In this document: positions 21,038-31,576 of the stretch, piece after piece | Position numbering within the stretch: position 1 is the stretch's first letter | Layout: every line of letters starts with the position of its first letter | Assembly: GCA_965205945.1 (NCBI GenBank) | Contig: CBDBIB010000003.1 | Coordinates: 256,001 to 320,000 of the forward strand | Source: Bdellovibrionales bacterium | GTDB lineage: Bacteria; Bdellovibrionota; Bdellovibrionia; Bdellovibrionales; UBA1609 | Length of the DNA stretch: 64,000 nucleotides | Direction: 5' to 3' | Notes under the pieces: model-generated | Told to the model about the DNA's origin: nothing | The model's input: only the letters and a program-made list of their open reading frames with translations | The model's database searches: none | Made by a program: the position numbers and the translations under genes

Positions 21038-22069
21038 GTGGCATTACTTAAGAAACAAGCAGATTTAGTAAATGGTGGCTTCTATATATTAGAGGAGCCG
21101 AATAAACTTTTAAAAAGATACATAGTAGGGCCGCTGGCTGGTGTAGGGGCTTTAAAGAGCTCTTATTTTGGGCAGTTTAATGGTTTTAACTTAAGCTTAA
21201 ATCAGGCTTTTTTAAAACAAAGCTTTATTTTTACTAAGGAGGAGTTAAAGGCGTTTTTAATGACGGGTTTAGAATCAAGAAAAACGTTATCATTGTCTTT
21301 AACAGAAGAGGAAAAAAAAAATTACTTTAAAATATTTTTTAATATTAAAGAGGAGATGAAAAAGGCAGATTTATTTAAGGCGGTCCTTTATATTAAAGTT
21401 GAGCAAAGCCTTAAGGGTTTTGTTTCCCTTAATGAATTTTCTTTTCAGGCCTTAATGGGGTTAAAGAATAAAAAATCAGGTTATCTTTTTGGATTTTATA
21501 ACCCATTAAAGAAAAAAGCTTTACTAGGTTGTTCACCAGAATTTTTATTTAAAACAACAGCTCAAGGAAATTGTATTACTACTGCTATTGCAGGAACTTT
21601 AAAAACTGCTGACGTATTAAAATGGGATAAAAAACTTACTACAGAGCATCAAATGGTAATGGATGGAATTAGTAAAGATTTAGAGTTTAAGGTGCAGTGG
21701 GGGCCTGTTAAAAGCTTTGAATATGGAAAATTATCACATCTTATAGCAGAAGGAGTAGTGGATAAAGCTGTAGATATTAAAAAACTAAGTGGTTTATTGC
21801 ATCCAACCCCTGCAGTAGGAACTTTTCCAAGGCAATATTGTAGAGATTTAAAGCTTGGACCTGAGGGTAGGGGGTACTTTGGAGGTTATGTAGAGGGATT
21901 TGGTTTTCAAAGGCCTTTTTCCTTAGTTTCTATTAGGTGTTTTGAGTGGATAAATTCAAAAGTACAAGTTTGTATAGGAGGGGGGGTTTTAAAAGAAAGC
22001 CTTGTGGATCAGGAGTGGGCTGAATTAGAAAATAAATGGATCACGTTTAAAAGTATTTGGGAGATATAG
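21038..22069 (+). CDS. menF: Isochorismate synthase (chorismate-binding enzyme); start uncertain
   Basis: GCSPEFL, AIAGT, EHQMV, LHPTPAVGTFP, RGYFGG and GGGV..S..EWAE motifs; men cluster context. Confidence 0.8.
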   Translation: MALLKKQADLVNGGFYILEEPNKLLKRYIVGPLAGVGALKSSYFGQFNGFNLSLNQAFLKQSFIFTKEELKAFLMTGLESRKTLSLSLTEEEKKNYFKIFFNIKEEMKKADLFKAVLYIKVEQSLKGFVSLNEFSFQALMGLKNKKSGYLFGFYNPLKKKALLGCSPEFLFKTTAQGNCITTAIAGTLKTADVLKWDKKLTTEHQMVMDGISKDLEFKVQWGPVKSFEYGKLSHLIAEGVVDKAVDIKKLSGLLHPTPAVGTFPRQYCRDLKLGPEGRGYFGGYVEGFGFQRPFSLVSIRCFEWINSKVQVCIGGGVLKESLVDQEWAELENKWITFKSIWEI

Positions 22070-22072
22070 TAT

Positions 22073-23500
22073 ATGGTTTTAAGTTTTATAGAATCACTGT
22101 TAGATCTAGGAGTGGAGGAGGTTGTTTCTTGTCCAGGTGCAAGGAGTGCAGAAATTTTAAAACAAATTTTAGAAACTAAAAAAATTAACATTCAAACATT
22201 TTATGATGAACGCTCTGCAGGGTTTTATGCGTTAGGGAAATCTTTAAAAGTAAATAAGCCCGTAGTGGTATTGACAACATCAGGCTCTGCTGTTGTGGCT
22301 TTGTATCCAGCACTCTTAGAGGCAAAGTATCAAGAAGGTGGAAAGCTTATTGCGGTGACTGCAGATAGACCAGAAGCATTTGTGGGGACCGGAGCACCTC
22401 AAACAATAGTTCAAGAGAATATTTTTTTAGAAAATAAGATAAAGACAATATCATACTCTAAAAATACAAACCTTAAAAATATTCAATACCCAGTTCATAT
22501 AAATCTTTTTCTTAAAGATCCTAATCCTGTTAAGAAAATTCAAGAAAAATATGAATATGAATCTTTGATCATAATTTCTAGCTTAAAACCTTATGAAAGA
22601 GATGAGGTGAAAAGGCATTTAGGAAAATATAAGGGTGCTTTAGTGCTAGAGCCATTATCAAATTTATCACATAAGGATTTTCCAGAGGCATTGGTTATTA
22701 AGTATGCAGAGTCATTTATACTTAAAAGTGGTATAAACAGTTTTAAAAAAGTTTATAGAATTGGTGGAGTGCCAGTACTTAAACCATGGCGTAAAGCGCA
22801 TAAGCATTTAAATGTATTTTTCTGGGATAGATATAAATACGCAGGAACTATTAGAGCAAGAGGAGTTTCTTTAAAAAAGATTTCAGAAGAAATTACTGGT
22901 TTTAAAAAGAGTAAAGAATTTAAGAATAAACTTTTAAAGTATAATAAAAGTGTTAAAAATATAATTAAAAAAAATATTTTTTCTGAAGTTTCTATGCTTA
23001 TAGAGTTAAGTAATGAAATTTTAGTTGGATCTAGAGTTTTTATTGGAAACTCTTTGCCTATTAGGCAGTGGTCTTTTGTTGATTGGTCTAGATTTAAAAA
23101 TATGGGTCAGCGTGGTGTAAATGGAATAGATGGGAGTTTAGCGCTAGCCTTGGGTTCTTTGGATAAAAAACTTGATAATTGGATTATTCTTGGAGATTTA
23201 ACAACTTTATATAATTTAAATGATTTACAGGCGTTAAAGTATTTAAGTGGTTATAGTATAAAAATTGTAGTGATAAATAATTCTGGTGCAAGAATATTTG
23301 AAAATATTTTTGATGAAAATAAAGAATACTTTATTAATGAACAAGAGCGGTCTTTTAAGAAACTAGCATCTTTTTGGAATCTTGATTATATTAGATACTT
23401 AAAAGGTGTTAAGTTGTCAAAACAGTGTTTAATAGAACTTGTGGTTGATCCAGCTAAATCTAATGAATTTTGGTTTGATTTAGATAAGGTTAGATTGTGA
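22073..23500 (+). CDS. menD: SEPHCHC synthase (ThDP-dependent), shortened
   Basis: CPGARS, DERSAGFYALG, TADRP..GAPQTI, GNSLPIR, RGVNGIDG and GDLTTLY..VINN motifs. Confidence 0.9.
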   Translation: MVLSFIESLLDLGVEEVVSCPGARSAEILKQILETKKINIQTFYDERSAGFYALGKSLKVNKPVVVLTTSGSAVVALYPALLEAKYQEGGKLIAVTADRPEAFVGTGAPQTIVQENIFLENKIKTISYSKNTNLKNIQYPVHINLFLKDPNPVKKIQEKYEYESLIIISSLKPYERDEVKRHLGKYKGALVLEPLSNLSHKDFPEALVIKYAESFILKSGINSFKKVYRIGGVPVLKPWRKAHKHLNVFFWDRYKYAGTIRARGVSLKKISEEITGFKKSKEFKNKLLKYNKSVKNIIKKNIFSEVSMLIELSNEILVGSRVFIGNSLPIRQWSFVDWSRFKNMGQRGVNGIDGSLALALGSLDKKLDNWIILGDLTTLYNLNDLQALKYLSGYSIKIVVINNSGARIFENIFDENKEYFINEQERSFKKLASFWNLDYIRYLKGVKLSKQCLIELVVDPAKSNEFWFDLDKVRL

Positions 23501-24156
23501 AAAAAGCTCTTTACTTGCACGGTTTTTTAGGAACATATCAAGATATGCAGCCATTATATTTAGATGGATATAAATGTGACTCCTTTAATTTAAGAACATT
23601 ATTATTTAAAAAAGATTATATTAAAGAGCTTTCAAAAAATATTAAAGAATATGATTTTATTGTGGGCTATTCTTTTGGCGGACGTATACTTAAAGAGCTT
23701 AAACTTTGTTTTCCTGAAAAATCTAAAACCTGGGTTTTTGTATCATCTAGACACACCCCTTATTCAAAAGCAGAAGCGTTATTAAGAGAATCTTTTAGAC
23801 AAAAGCTCTTTTTAAAATTAGAGGATAGGGTTAAATTTTTAAATTATTGGAAAAAACTGTCGTTATTTTCTGGGCATCAAATGGATGAGTATCGAGCTAA
23901 ATATAAACTTGGCTATACACCATGGACAGTTGATGAAATTAAAAAGTATTTAGAGTGTTTTTTTATAAGTTCTCAAGTTAAACCACAAAAATGTGATAAA
24001 AGTATTTTTGTACATGGTAAGAGTGATGAAAAATATTTTAAGGAGGGGAAAAAACTTAACAAAATTTTTGATGTTTATTCTTTACCCGGTGGACATAGGT
24101 GTTTGTTTGAAAATCCTGATGAGTTTAAAATTTTTTTAAAAAAGGTGCTGTTATGA
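23497..24156 (+). CDS. menH: Alpha/beta hydrolase, probable SHCHC synthase
   Basis: LHGFLG, GYSFGGR, HGKSDEK and GGH motifs; located directly after menD. Confidence 0.7.
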   Translation: MKKALYLHGFLGTYQDMQPLYLDGYKCDSFNLRTLLFKKDYIKELSKNIKEYDFIVGYSFGGRILKELKLCFPEKSKTWVFVSSRHTPYSKAEALLRESFRQKLFLKLEDRVKFLNYWKKLSLFSGHQMDEYRAKYKLGYTPWTVDEIKKYLECFFISSQVKPQKCDKSIFVHGKSDEKYFKEGKKLNKIFDVYSLPGGHRCLFENPDEFKIFLKKVLL

Positions 24157-25034
24157 GGTTTTTTTTAAGTTTAGTAAGCGCAAGTAGATTAAAAACGTTA
24201 ATTGTTGGAATTTGCCCTGTAATATTAGGAACATGTTTTTCGTTTTATTTTTTAGGCTATTTAGATATGACTTATTCTAGCCTTATTTTAATAGCAGTTG
24301 TTTTTATTCAGATTTCAACTAATTTTTTTAACGATGCCATAGATGCGGAAAAAGGTAGAGACACAGGGGCTAGAAAAGGCCCTAAAAGAATGGTTCATAG
24401 TGGACAACTTTTGGGTAAAACTTTAAAGTTATGGGCTTTAGGGCTTTTAATCTTAGCTTTTATTATTGGATTAATACTTTTTTGGAAATCAGGATGGTTA
24501 GTGCTTTTTATAGGTGTGCCGGCGTTATTTTTAGCTTATTTATATACAGGAACAAAGTACTCATTATCAGCAAATGGTGTTGCTGATTTATTTGTAATTG
24601 TATATTTTGGAGTTATTCCAGTTTGGGCAACAAATTATATCATATCAGGGGTTTATTCTTTTTATGCAAGCTTAACAGGGCTTCAATGTGGTCTTTTATG
24701 CAATACTTTTCTTTTAGTTAACAATTTACGGGATAAAGAAGAAGACGCTCAAACAGGAAAAAATACATCTGTGGTAAAGTATGGACGTAAGTTTGGAGTA
24801 AGGGCATTAGCCTTATGTTTGTTTCTTCCATATGTGATAAATGTTTTGATAATGAATAGTATATTTTTTCGATCAGGTTTTTGGAGTTTTTTAAGTTTAC
24901 CTTTTGCTATGTATATTTTTATAAAGATTTTTAAAGAAAACCCATCTAAAGCATATAATAAATATTTAAGTTTGCTGGGCCTACATTTAATTTTATTTAC
25001 CTGGATGTATGTTATGGGAATTTTATCTTCATGA
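24153..25034 (+). CDS. menA: 1,4-dihydroxy-2-naphthoate octaprenyltransferase
   Basis: RLKTL, NFFNDAID and NNLRDKEED..TGKNT motifs; multiple TM segments. Confidence 0.92.
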   Translation: MRFFLSLVSASRLKTLIVGICPVILGTCFSFYFLGYLDMTYSSLILIAVVFIQISTNFFNDAIDAEKGRDTGARKGPKRMVHSGQLLGKTLKLWALGLLILAFIIGLILFWKSGWLVLFIGVPALFLAYLYTGTKYSLSANGVADLFVIVYFGVIPVWATNYIISGVYSFYASLTGLQCGLLCNTFLLVNNLRDKEEDAQTGKNTSVVKYGRKFGVRALALCLFLPYVINVLIMNSIFFRSGFWSFLSLPFAMYIFIKIFKENPSKAYNKYLSLLGLHLILFTWMYVMGILSS

Positions 25035-25891
25035 GAATGTGGTTTTCCTTATATGAATTAAAACCTATAAGAGATTTAAGAGGATTAAGTTTTTTGAGTA
25101 AAGGGGTGTTGTTAAAATTTGAAGAAGAAAGGTACTCCCTTTACCATCCCATAAATAATCTTGGAGATAGATCATTAAAAGATTTTTTTAAAAATCTATC
25201 TTTACAAGATGATTTGTTTAAAAGAGTTAAAGAGGCATCTGTTTCAATAGATGATTTTAAAAAACAAAAAGAAAATAAAATTTCTTGTTACTACTCTGCC
25301 CCAAGCTTTGATTTTTTTTTAAAAAACCAAATAAAGATTAAAAATAAAGGATTTAAAACGATTAAAATAAAAGTATCTTCAGTAAATGAAATTAAGGAAA
25401 ATCTTTGTTTTATTAAAAAAATACCGTTTAAGTTTATATTTGATTTTAATGGTAAAGGTGTTAGAAAAGATTTTATAAATTGCAATAAGGATTTAAAATT
25501 TTTTTTCAAAGATCAAGTCATATATGTTGAAGATCCTTGCTTAGAAAAACTTAAACTTTCTTATTTAAAGGTGGCATCTGATTTTAATAAATATGATGGA
25601 GAAGAGAATTATATTATAATAAAACCTACAGGATTTAATCACAGCCTTCCAGATTTTAATCCAGAGAATTCAGTAGTTACTAGCTATTTGGACCACCCAT
25701 TAGGACAGATAATCGCAGCTTTATGGGCTGTAAAGCATAAGATTAAACTTGAATGTGGTTTGTTTTCACATTCATATTATGAGAAAACTGCCTATAGTGA
25801 AATTTTAGATGAAATGAAAACTGAAATTAACTTTTTAAAACTTTTACCTTTTTTTAAATTACTTAAAAATGAGCCATGGGTAAAGGTTTAG
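25031..25891 (+). CDS. menC: o-succinylbenzoate synthase (enolase superfamily, divergent)
   Basis: KIK, DFNG, YVEDP, ASD, IIKP, VVTSYLDHPLG and CGL motifs; men context. Confidence 0.72.
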   Translation: MRMWFSLYELKPIRDLRGLSFLSKGVLLKFEEERYSLYHPINNLGDRSLKDFFKNLSLQDDLFKRVKEASVSIDDFKKQKENKISCYYSAPSFDFFLKNQIKIKNKGFKTIKIKVSSVNEIKENLCFIKKIPFKFIFDFNGKGVRKDFINCNKDLKFFFKDQVIYVEDPCLEKLKLSYLKVASDFNKYDGEENYIIIKPTGFNHSLPDFNPENSVVTSYLDHPLGQIIAALWAVKHKIKLECGLFSHSYYEKTAYSEILDEMKTEINFLKLLPFFKLLKNEPWVKV

Positions 25892-26343
25892 GGCCCGAAC
25901 TTCCAATTTTAAGGGGAGAACCCAATTTTATTTATAAGCTTGAGCAAGAGGCCTAGGGCTAGGCCCCTATTATTAAATATGCGTCTTGGGCCTGGGTAGA
26001 GATTTTTAGTCTACCTTATTAAACTCATTAACTATGTGTTTTGGGTAGAGGCTTTTATTGCAGAATCAGAATAATTTTTTTTAAAATCCGGACCCTGTAG
26101 TCTGTTCAAGCCAGGATTATTTTAGTTTTTTAAGAAAATGAAAGGTTATGGAGCCATGTCCTATGAGTTTTTTATTATAGTTTTTTAAGCTAACTTGTTT
26201 AAGTTTTTTTACCTATTTTAACCATCCTTGGTATGTTTAACTAAGTGTTTGTTTTAGGATGAGTGGGCAAAGATTTTTAAGTTGTTGGCCTAGGTTGAGT
26301 GCTCATGTGCAACAAGGCTAAACTAAAGGGGCTTTTAAAATAT

Positions 26344-27399
26344 ATGGATTTTATGGATTTTAAAGAAAGTATAAATGAAAATAAATTGCATATGCTTTCA
26401 GAGAAATCTTTGTTTTATATAAAGGTTGATGAACCTACATACTTGCTAAAAGCATCAGGAGGTACGAGTCAAAAAGCTTATTTACATAGGCTTTCAGATA
26501 TTAAAGCTGCCACAAAATCTTTTTTTAAAACAATCTCATTAACACAGGATGATCGATGGGGTATTTGTCTTTCAACAAAGCATGTAGCTGGGTTTTCAAT
26601 TTTAGCTAGATCATATTTTGGTAACTTAAAGGATCCATATTTCTTTACATGGTCAGTGGAGTCAGTATGTTCTAAAATTGTTGAAAATAAATTGTCTGTT
26701 TTATCTTTGGTTCCTACACAAATTTTTGATTTAGTTTTTAAAGGAGTAAAGGCGCCTGAAAAATTAAAATATGTTTTTGTAGGGGGCTCTCATATATCAA
26801 AGAAACTTTTTCAAAAAGCTCAAGAGCTAGGTTGGCCTGTTGTGGGGTGTTATGGTTTAACAGAAACTTTTGCGCAGATGTCTTATTCAGTTGATGGAGT
26901 AAATTTAAAAGCTTTTCCTGGATGGGAGGTGTCTTTAAGTGCTGATGAAGAAATTACTCTTAAGGGTCCTGGCCTTTATTGGGCAAAGCTTAAGGGAAAA
27001 TCAAAATTGATAATTAGAGATAAAGATATTTTTTATACAGGAGACCAGGGAAAACTTGGTAAGGATAGCTTTCAAATTCTAGGTAAAACTACAGGCAAAG
27101 TTAAAATCAAAGGAAGTTATTTTGATTTTAATAAGTTTAAAAAAGATTTTTCTGCAAAACTTTTAGAATCTGGGTTTAGTAATCAACAGCTTTTCCCCCT
27201 TGTACTCAAAGAAGAAAGAAATGGTGCAGGGTTATACTTAATTACAACTCAACCCTTATTTAAATTAAAAAAAATATTAAACAGCACCCCTCAGTTTAGA
27301 GGTGTTTTTAAAATGAATTTAAATATTTTTTCTGAAATAGGAAAACCTATTAAATCTAAGCTTGAAGATGAGCTTTTAAAGACTGTCGTATCTTTGTAG
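26344..27399 (+). CDS. menE: OSB-CoA ligase (AMP-binding enzyme, divergent)
   Basis: HVAGFSILAR, SLVPTQ, CYGLTETFAQ and TGDQG motifs. Confidence 0.78.
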   Translation: MDFMDFKESINENKLHMLSEKSLFYIKVDEPTYLLKASGGTSQKAYLHRLSDIKAATKSFFKTISLTQDDRWGICLSTKHVAGFSILARSYFGNLKDPYFFTWSVESVCSKIVENKLSVLSLVPTQIFDLVFKGVKAPEKLKYVFVGGSHISKKLFQKAQELGWPVVGCYGLTETFAQMSYSVDGVNLKAFPGWEVSLSADEEITLKGPGLYWAKLKGKSKLIIRDKDIFYTGDQGKLGKDSFQILGKTTGKVKIKGSYFDFNKFKKDFSAKLLESGFSNQQLFPLVLKEERNGAGLYLITTQPLFKLKKILNSTPQFRGVFKMNLNIFSEIGKPIKSKLEDELLKTVVSL

Positions 27400-27757
27400 G
27401 TATGGGTATTTTTGTACGGCTGTTAATATTTACAAAACAATGTGTTATATGAGTAAACGCGTGGCATTTTTCATCAGTTCCTATTTCAAAATGAAATGTT
27501 ACAGAGCTTTCACCTAATTTTTTAATCCAAAGATTTGCAATATAATCATCTCCAAAAACTAAGGGATGGTCATATTGAACAACTGCACCTCTTATGGGAG
27601 CTGCGGCAGTGTCTAAAAACCAAGCCTCCCAGGCAATGCCCATATTAGGAAGCTGTTCTTCTAAAAATATATGGTAAATTTGAAGGAAACTTGCAAAAAA
27701 CATAATGCGTGCAGGGTCGCAAAGGTGAAATGGAATTTTCATGTTTTTAGTTAGCAT
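27356..27757 (-). CDS. 4HBT-family acyl-CoA thioesterase (candidate DHNA-CoA hydrolase)
   Basis: CDPARIMFFA hot-dog motif; convergent with menE. Confidence 0.75.
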   Translation of the reverse strand: MLTKNMKIPFHLCDPARIMFFASFLQIYHIFLEEQLPNMGIAWEAWFLDTAAAPIRGAVVQYDHPLVFGDDYIANLWIKKLGESSVTFHFEIGTDEKCHAFTHITHCFVNINSRTKIPIPTKIRQSLKAHLQA

Positions 27758-28010
27758 TTAAACCCTTATTTTAGTTCATTTTAAGGGAGGAATTAGGTGG
27801 GGAGCAAGCTTTATTGTAAATCTTAATTTTTAAAAGATCATATATAGGTATTTTTTTTCATATAGACTGTTAGTTGGCATTAACTTAAAGTTTTTTCGCA
27901 AGAGCTTAGTTATGAGATTTTAACATATTCTGGGTAAATCTTAATCAAAATAAAGAATTTCATAATCAAACTATATTGACTTAAAAATAAGGTGCTTGTT
28001 TAGTGATTTT

Positions 28011-28937
28011 ATGATTTTAGATCAAAATTTAGTGCCTAATGATATTCCGTCTTATTTAAGAAAAATGAAGGAGATGTATGAGGATTTATTCTCAGGGGGC
28101 AAAGCTTATAGGGGAGCTTTAGTTTTTTCTATTTCTAAAGAACTAGGTTTACTTAAAGAAAAAGCGGAACTATTATCAACATGTATTGAATATATTCATA
28201 ATTCGTCCTTATTGCATGATGATTTTGTAGATGATGCAAAGCTTAGAAGAGGAAAAACCGCGGTTTGGAAAAAATATGGTGGAGGATATGCTATTTTAGG
28301 TGGCGACTATCTTTTAGCAAAAGTTATTAAAAACTTGTGTGCTCATAATTCTATTAAGCTTATAGCTTATACAAGCAGTGTGATTTTGGCTTTAGTTGAG
28401 GGAGAGTGGCTTCAAGATGCTTGTCATAATAGAGGTGATGTGAGTAAAGAGGAGATGTCTTATGTGCATGCTTTAAAAACTTCAGCACTGTTTTCTTGGT
28501 GCTTTAAAGCGCCTGCCCTTTTAATGGATGAATCACTGCCTAAAAAAGATTTAGATCAGTTTCAAAGGATAGGGGAGGTCTTAGGAGCACTACTTCAAAG
28601 AAGTGATGATCTACTAGACTATAATATTAGGAATGGTGAGGGTAAGGCTTATTTTAAAGATCTTCCTTCAGGGTATTTTAATCTTTTTACGATTCATCTT
28701 TTAAAAGATCTTAGCTTAGATGAAAAAATGAAAGCCTTTGATTGTAAGAGTTTACAGGACTTTATTAAAATATTTAATATTAATATGAGTACTGCACTTA
28801 AGGGTTTTGACCAAGAAAGTGAAGCTATTTTGGCAGAAGTTATGAATCTAATTGATGAGAATAAGTTTTTTTCAAGAAAATTTAAGCAAGAACTTAAAGA
28901 AGCAACATATAAGATTTATTGGAGATCTAAGGTTTGA
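28011..28937 (+). CDS. Polyprenyl diphosphate synthase (IspB-like)
   Basis: SLLHDDFVD..LRRG, AILGGDYL, KTSALF and DDLLD motifs. Confidence 0.92.
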   Translation: MILDQNLVPNDIPSYLRKMKEMYEDLFSGGKAYRGALVFSISKELGLLKEKAELLSTCIEYIHNSSLLHDDFVDDAKLRRGKTAVWKKYGGGYAILGGDYLLAKVIKNLCAHNSIKLIAYTSSVILALVEGEWLQDACHNRGDVSKEEMSYVHALKTSALFSWCFKAPALLMDESLPKKDLDQFQRIGEVLGALLQRSDDLLDYNIRNGEGKAYFKDLPSGYFNLFTIHLLKDLSLDEKMKAFDCKSLQDFIKIFNINMSTALKGFDQESEAILAEVMNLIDENKFFSRKFKQELKEATYKIYWRSKV

Positions 28938-29677
28938 GTTTAATTTTAGATGCTTCATTAAAAACTTATAAGCATTGCAAAGATTTAGAGAAACAAATTG
29001 CAGAATCTAAATATATTCTTAAGGTAGAAAATAAGACGATTTTATCTTATGAAAATAAGGTTTTTCAAATCAGCTCGAGTGCTTTTCCTGGAGTTTATTG
29101 TGACTTTTTAAGTGAAAAATTTTTAAAAGAAGTAAGGCAAAGTTTTAGTAGCTCTAAAGGAGTGTACTCTTTTTTAAAGCCTTTGGCTAGAAATGAAAGA
29201 ATTAAAATCTGTGATTTAACTGTAGGAATGGGGAAAGATTTATTTAAGTTTGTTTTAGCGGGACATCAAGTTGTAGGTTATGAGAGAAACCCTATTTTTT
29301 ATCACCTTGTTTTAAATGGAATCCAGAGATTTAAAGCTTCTAAGAAATTAGAAGAGTTAAAGAGAGCGTTTAAAATTAAAGAGTTTAAGGTAGATGTAAG
29401 GTTTGGTGAGGCTACACCAGAGGTAGAAAAATATGATTTAGCCTATTTTGACCCAATGTTTTTAGATTCTTCTAAGAAAGCAGCGCCTAAAAAAAATATG
29501 CAAGCATTAAAAGCTTTAGTAAAACCTTTAGAGCAAAAAAATAAACTTAAAACATTAAAACTATGGAAAAAGCATTCAAAATATTTAGTTTATAAGTGTT
29601 CAGGAAGAAAAAAAGACTTTTCAATGACAGTGTTTAAAGAGGTTAAGGGTAAAGGTTTTTCTTATTTAATTCTATGA
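28934..29677 (+). CDS. Class I SAM methyltransferase, RsmJ-like
   Basis: DLTVGMGKD, YERNP and YFDPMF..KKAAPKKNMQ motifs. Confidence 0.7.
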   Translation: MSLILDASLKTYKHCKDLEKQIAESKYILKVENKTILSYENKVFQISSSAFPGVYCDFLSEKFLKEVRQSFSSSKGVYSFLKPLARNERIKICDLTVGMGKDLFKFVLAGHQVVGYERNPIFYHLVLNGIQRFKASKKLEELKRAFKIKEFKVDVRFGEATPEVEKYDLAYFDPMFLDSSKKAAPKKNMQALKALVKPLEQKNKLKTLKLWKKHSKYLVYKCSGRKKDFSMTVFKEVKGKGFSYLIL

Positions 29678-30849
29678 AGAATGCTAAAGTGATTATTTTA
29701 TTTAATTTTTTATGGATGTTTATTCCAGTGATCTCAGTGCTTGTGCCCTTTATAATAAGTCTAGGGATTTCAATGACAGATTTTTTTTTACTCCAGTCAT
29801 TTTTCGGAGCGGTGATTGTAATCATGGAAATTCCTTCAGGATATGTTGCTGATCTTTTTGGAAGAAAAAAGGTGTTAATCTTTGGTGCTTTAACAAGTGG
29901 CTTAGGCTTTGTAGTCCTTTATTTTACAACTAAGCTTTGGCACCTTTATATTCATGAGTTTTTAGTAGCGACCTCTATGTCGCTTATAAGTGGTGCTGAT
30001 TATGCCTTATTTTTTGATTCAATAAAGGATCAAATAAAAACTACAAACAGAAGTGTTCAAGTAAAGTGGACTTCTTATTTTATGGCGGCAAGTTTTGTTG
30101 GAGAGGCTTGTGCGGCTTTGCTTAGTAGTATATTGAGTTTTTTTAGTATATCTTATGTAATGCTTGCAACGCTTATTGTGGGGTGGTTTCCATTTGTTAT
30201 CTCTTTTTTTCTTAAAGAGGTTAAAGTTAATAAAATGAACAAAAAAAAACATAAAGAAAATTTTAAATTGGTGTTTAAGTGTTTATTTATGGATTCAGTT
30301 TTTTTAAGACGGTTGATTCTAAATTTTGTTATTTGGTCACTGTCTACAATGTGTGTAGTATGGCTTATTCAAAAGTATTGGGAAGAAAATCACCTGCCTC
30401 TTATGTGGTTTGGTCTTTTATGGGCGGCCTATTCGGTTATAGGGGCTTTATCAAATCACTATTCTTATGAACTTGAAAATAGGTTTGGTTCAAAAGTAAT
30501 ATTAATGGTTTGTGCACTGTTGGTCTCGTGTGCTTACCTTATGGTTCCTCATGTAGGCTTTATTTTTGGAATTATAACGCTGTCTCTTTTTTATATTTCT
30601 AGAGGTATTTTTCAGCCATTGTTTAAAGAAGGTTTAAACCATAGACTTAGGGAGGAGTTTAGGGCTACAGCAAACTCAATTTATTCATTGATTTTTAGAC
30701 TAGCATTTGTAGTTATAGGACCGTTTTTAGGTTTATATGTAGATAAATTTGAATTAATGGGATTGTTTACAGTTTTAGGGGTTGTGTTTTTAAGTTTTAT
30801 AGTTGTCTTTCTTCTGCCTTTTTTAAATATGAAAGAGAACAAGATTTAA
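29674..30849 (+). CDS. MFS transporter
   Basis: EIPSGYVADLFGRKK motif A; 12 TM segments; RATANS. Confidence 0.9.
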   Translation: MKNAKVIILFNFLWMFIPVISVLVPFIISLGISMTDFFLLQSFFGAVIVIMEIPSGYVADLFGRKKVLIFGALTSGLGFVVLYFTTKLWHLYIHEFLVATSMSLISGADYALFFDSIKDQIKTTNRSVQVKWTSYFMAASFVGEACAALLSSILSFFSISYVMLATLIVGWFPFVISFFLKEVKVNKMNKKKHKENFKLVFKCLFMDSVFLRRLILNFVIWSLSTMCVVWLIQKYWEENHLPLMWFGLLWAAYSVIGALSNHYSYELENRFGSKVILMVCALLVSCAYLMVPHVGFIFGIITLSLFYISRGIFQPLFKEGLNHRLREEFRATANSIYSLIFRLAFVVIGPFLGLYVDKFELMGLFTVLGVVFLSFIVVFLLPFLNMKENKI

Positions 30850-31061
30850 GGGAAACTTGGCTTTTTTAATAAGAAAGAATTTACAAAAATAAGTATTTTA
30901 TTGTTTGTATGGTTAAGGGCTTAAGTTTAAAAGGTAGCGTACTTATAATATTTAAAAGGAAAGATGAAAAACTAAGGAGCATTCATGACATCATCTAACT
31001 TGTAGGGCTTAATAATTGATTTTATTTTTTTAAAGTGAAGTTTGTTAAACAGGTAGTGTGT

Positions 31062-31544
31062 ATGGAATTAAAGTTAAAAAAAAATATCAATGTTGTACTT
31101 ATAGAGCCAGAAATCCCTAATAATACAGGAAATATAGGACGAACTTGTGTGGCTTTAGAGGCAAGGCTGCATTTAGTGGGCCCCTTAGGATTTGATTTGC
31201 ATGAGAAGAAGGTGCGTAGAGCTGGACTAGACTATTGGCCATATTTAAAACTACAGTATTACACCTGTGAGGAGGAGTTTTTTTCTAAGCTTCCTAAAGA
31301 AGATAAGAAAGCTTTTTTTTCTACGAAAGCTAAACGTTATTACTATGATTGTGATTTTTCTCATAGAACTCAGAATGTGTGGTTGATTTTTGGTAAAGAA
31401 ACTAAAGGATTAAGTGTGCAAGTTTTAAAGCGGTATCCAAACGATTTGTATAAAATTCCTATGCCGGGGCAGACAAGAAGTCTAAATTTGGCCAACTCTG
31501 TAGCAGTTGGTCTCTATGAGGCCTTTCGTCAAATCAAATCCTAG
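31062..31544 (+). CDS. trmL: tRNA (cytidine(34)-2'-O)-methyltransferase
   Basis: PEIPNNTGNIGR, RRAGLDYW, FGKETKGL and RSLNLANSV motifs. Confidence 0.93.
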   Translation: MELKLKKNINVVLIEPEIPNNTGNIGRTCVALEARLHLVGPLGFDLHEKKVRRAGLDYWPYLKLQYYTCEEEFFSKLPKEDKKAFFSTKAKRYYYDCDFSHRTQNVWLIFGKETKGLSVQVLKRYPNDLYKIPMPGQTRSLNLANSVAVGLYEAFRQIKS

Positions 31545-31576
31545 CACTTTAGTAAATTTGGGTTTAAAGTACTTTT

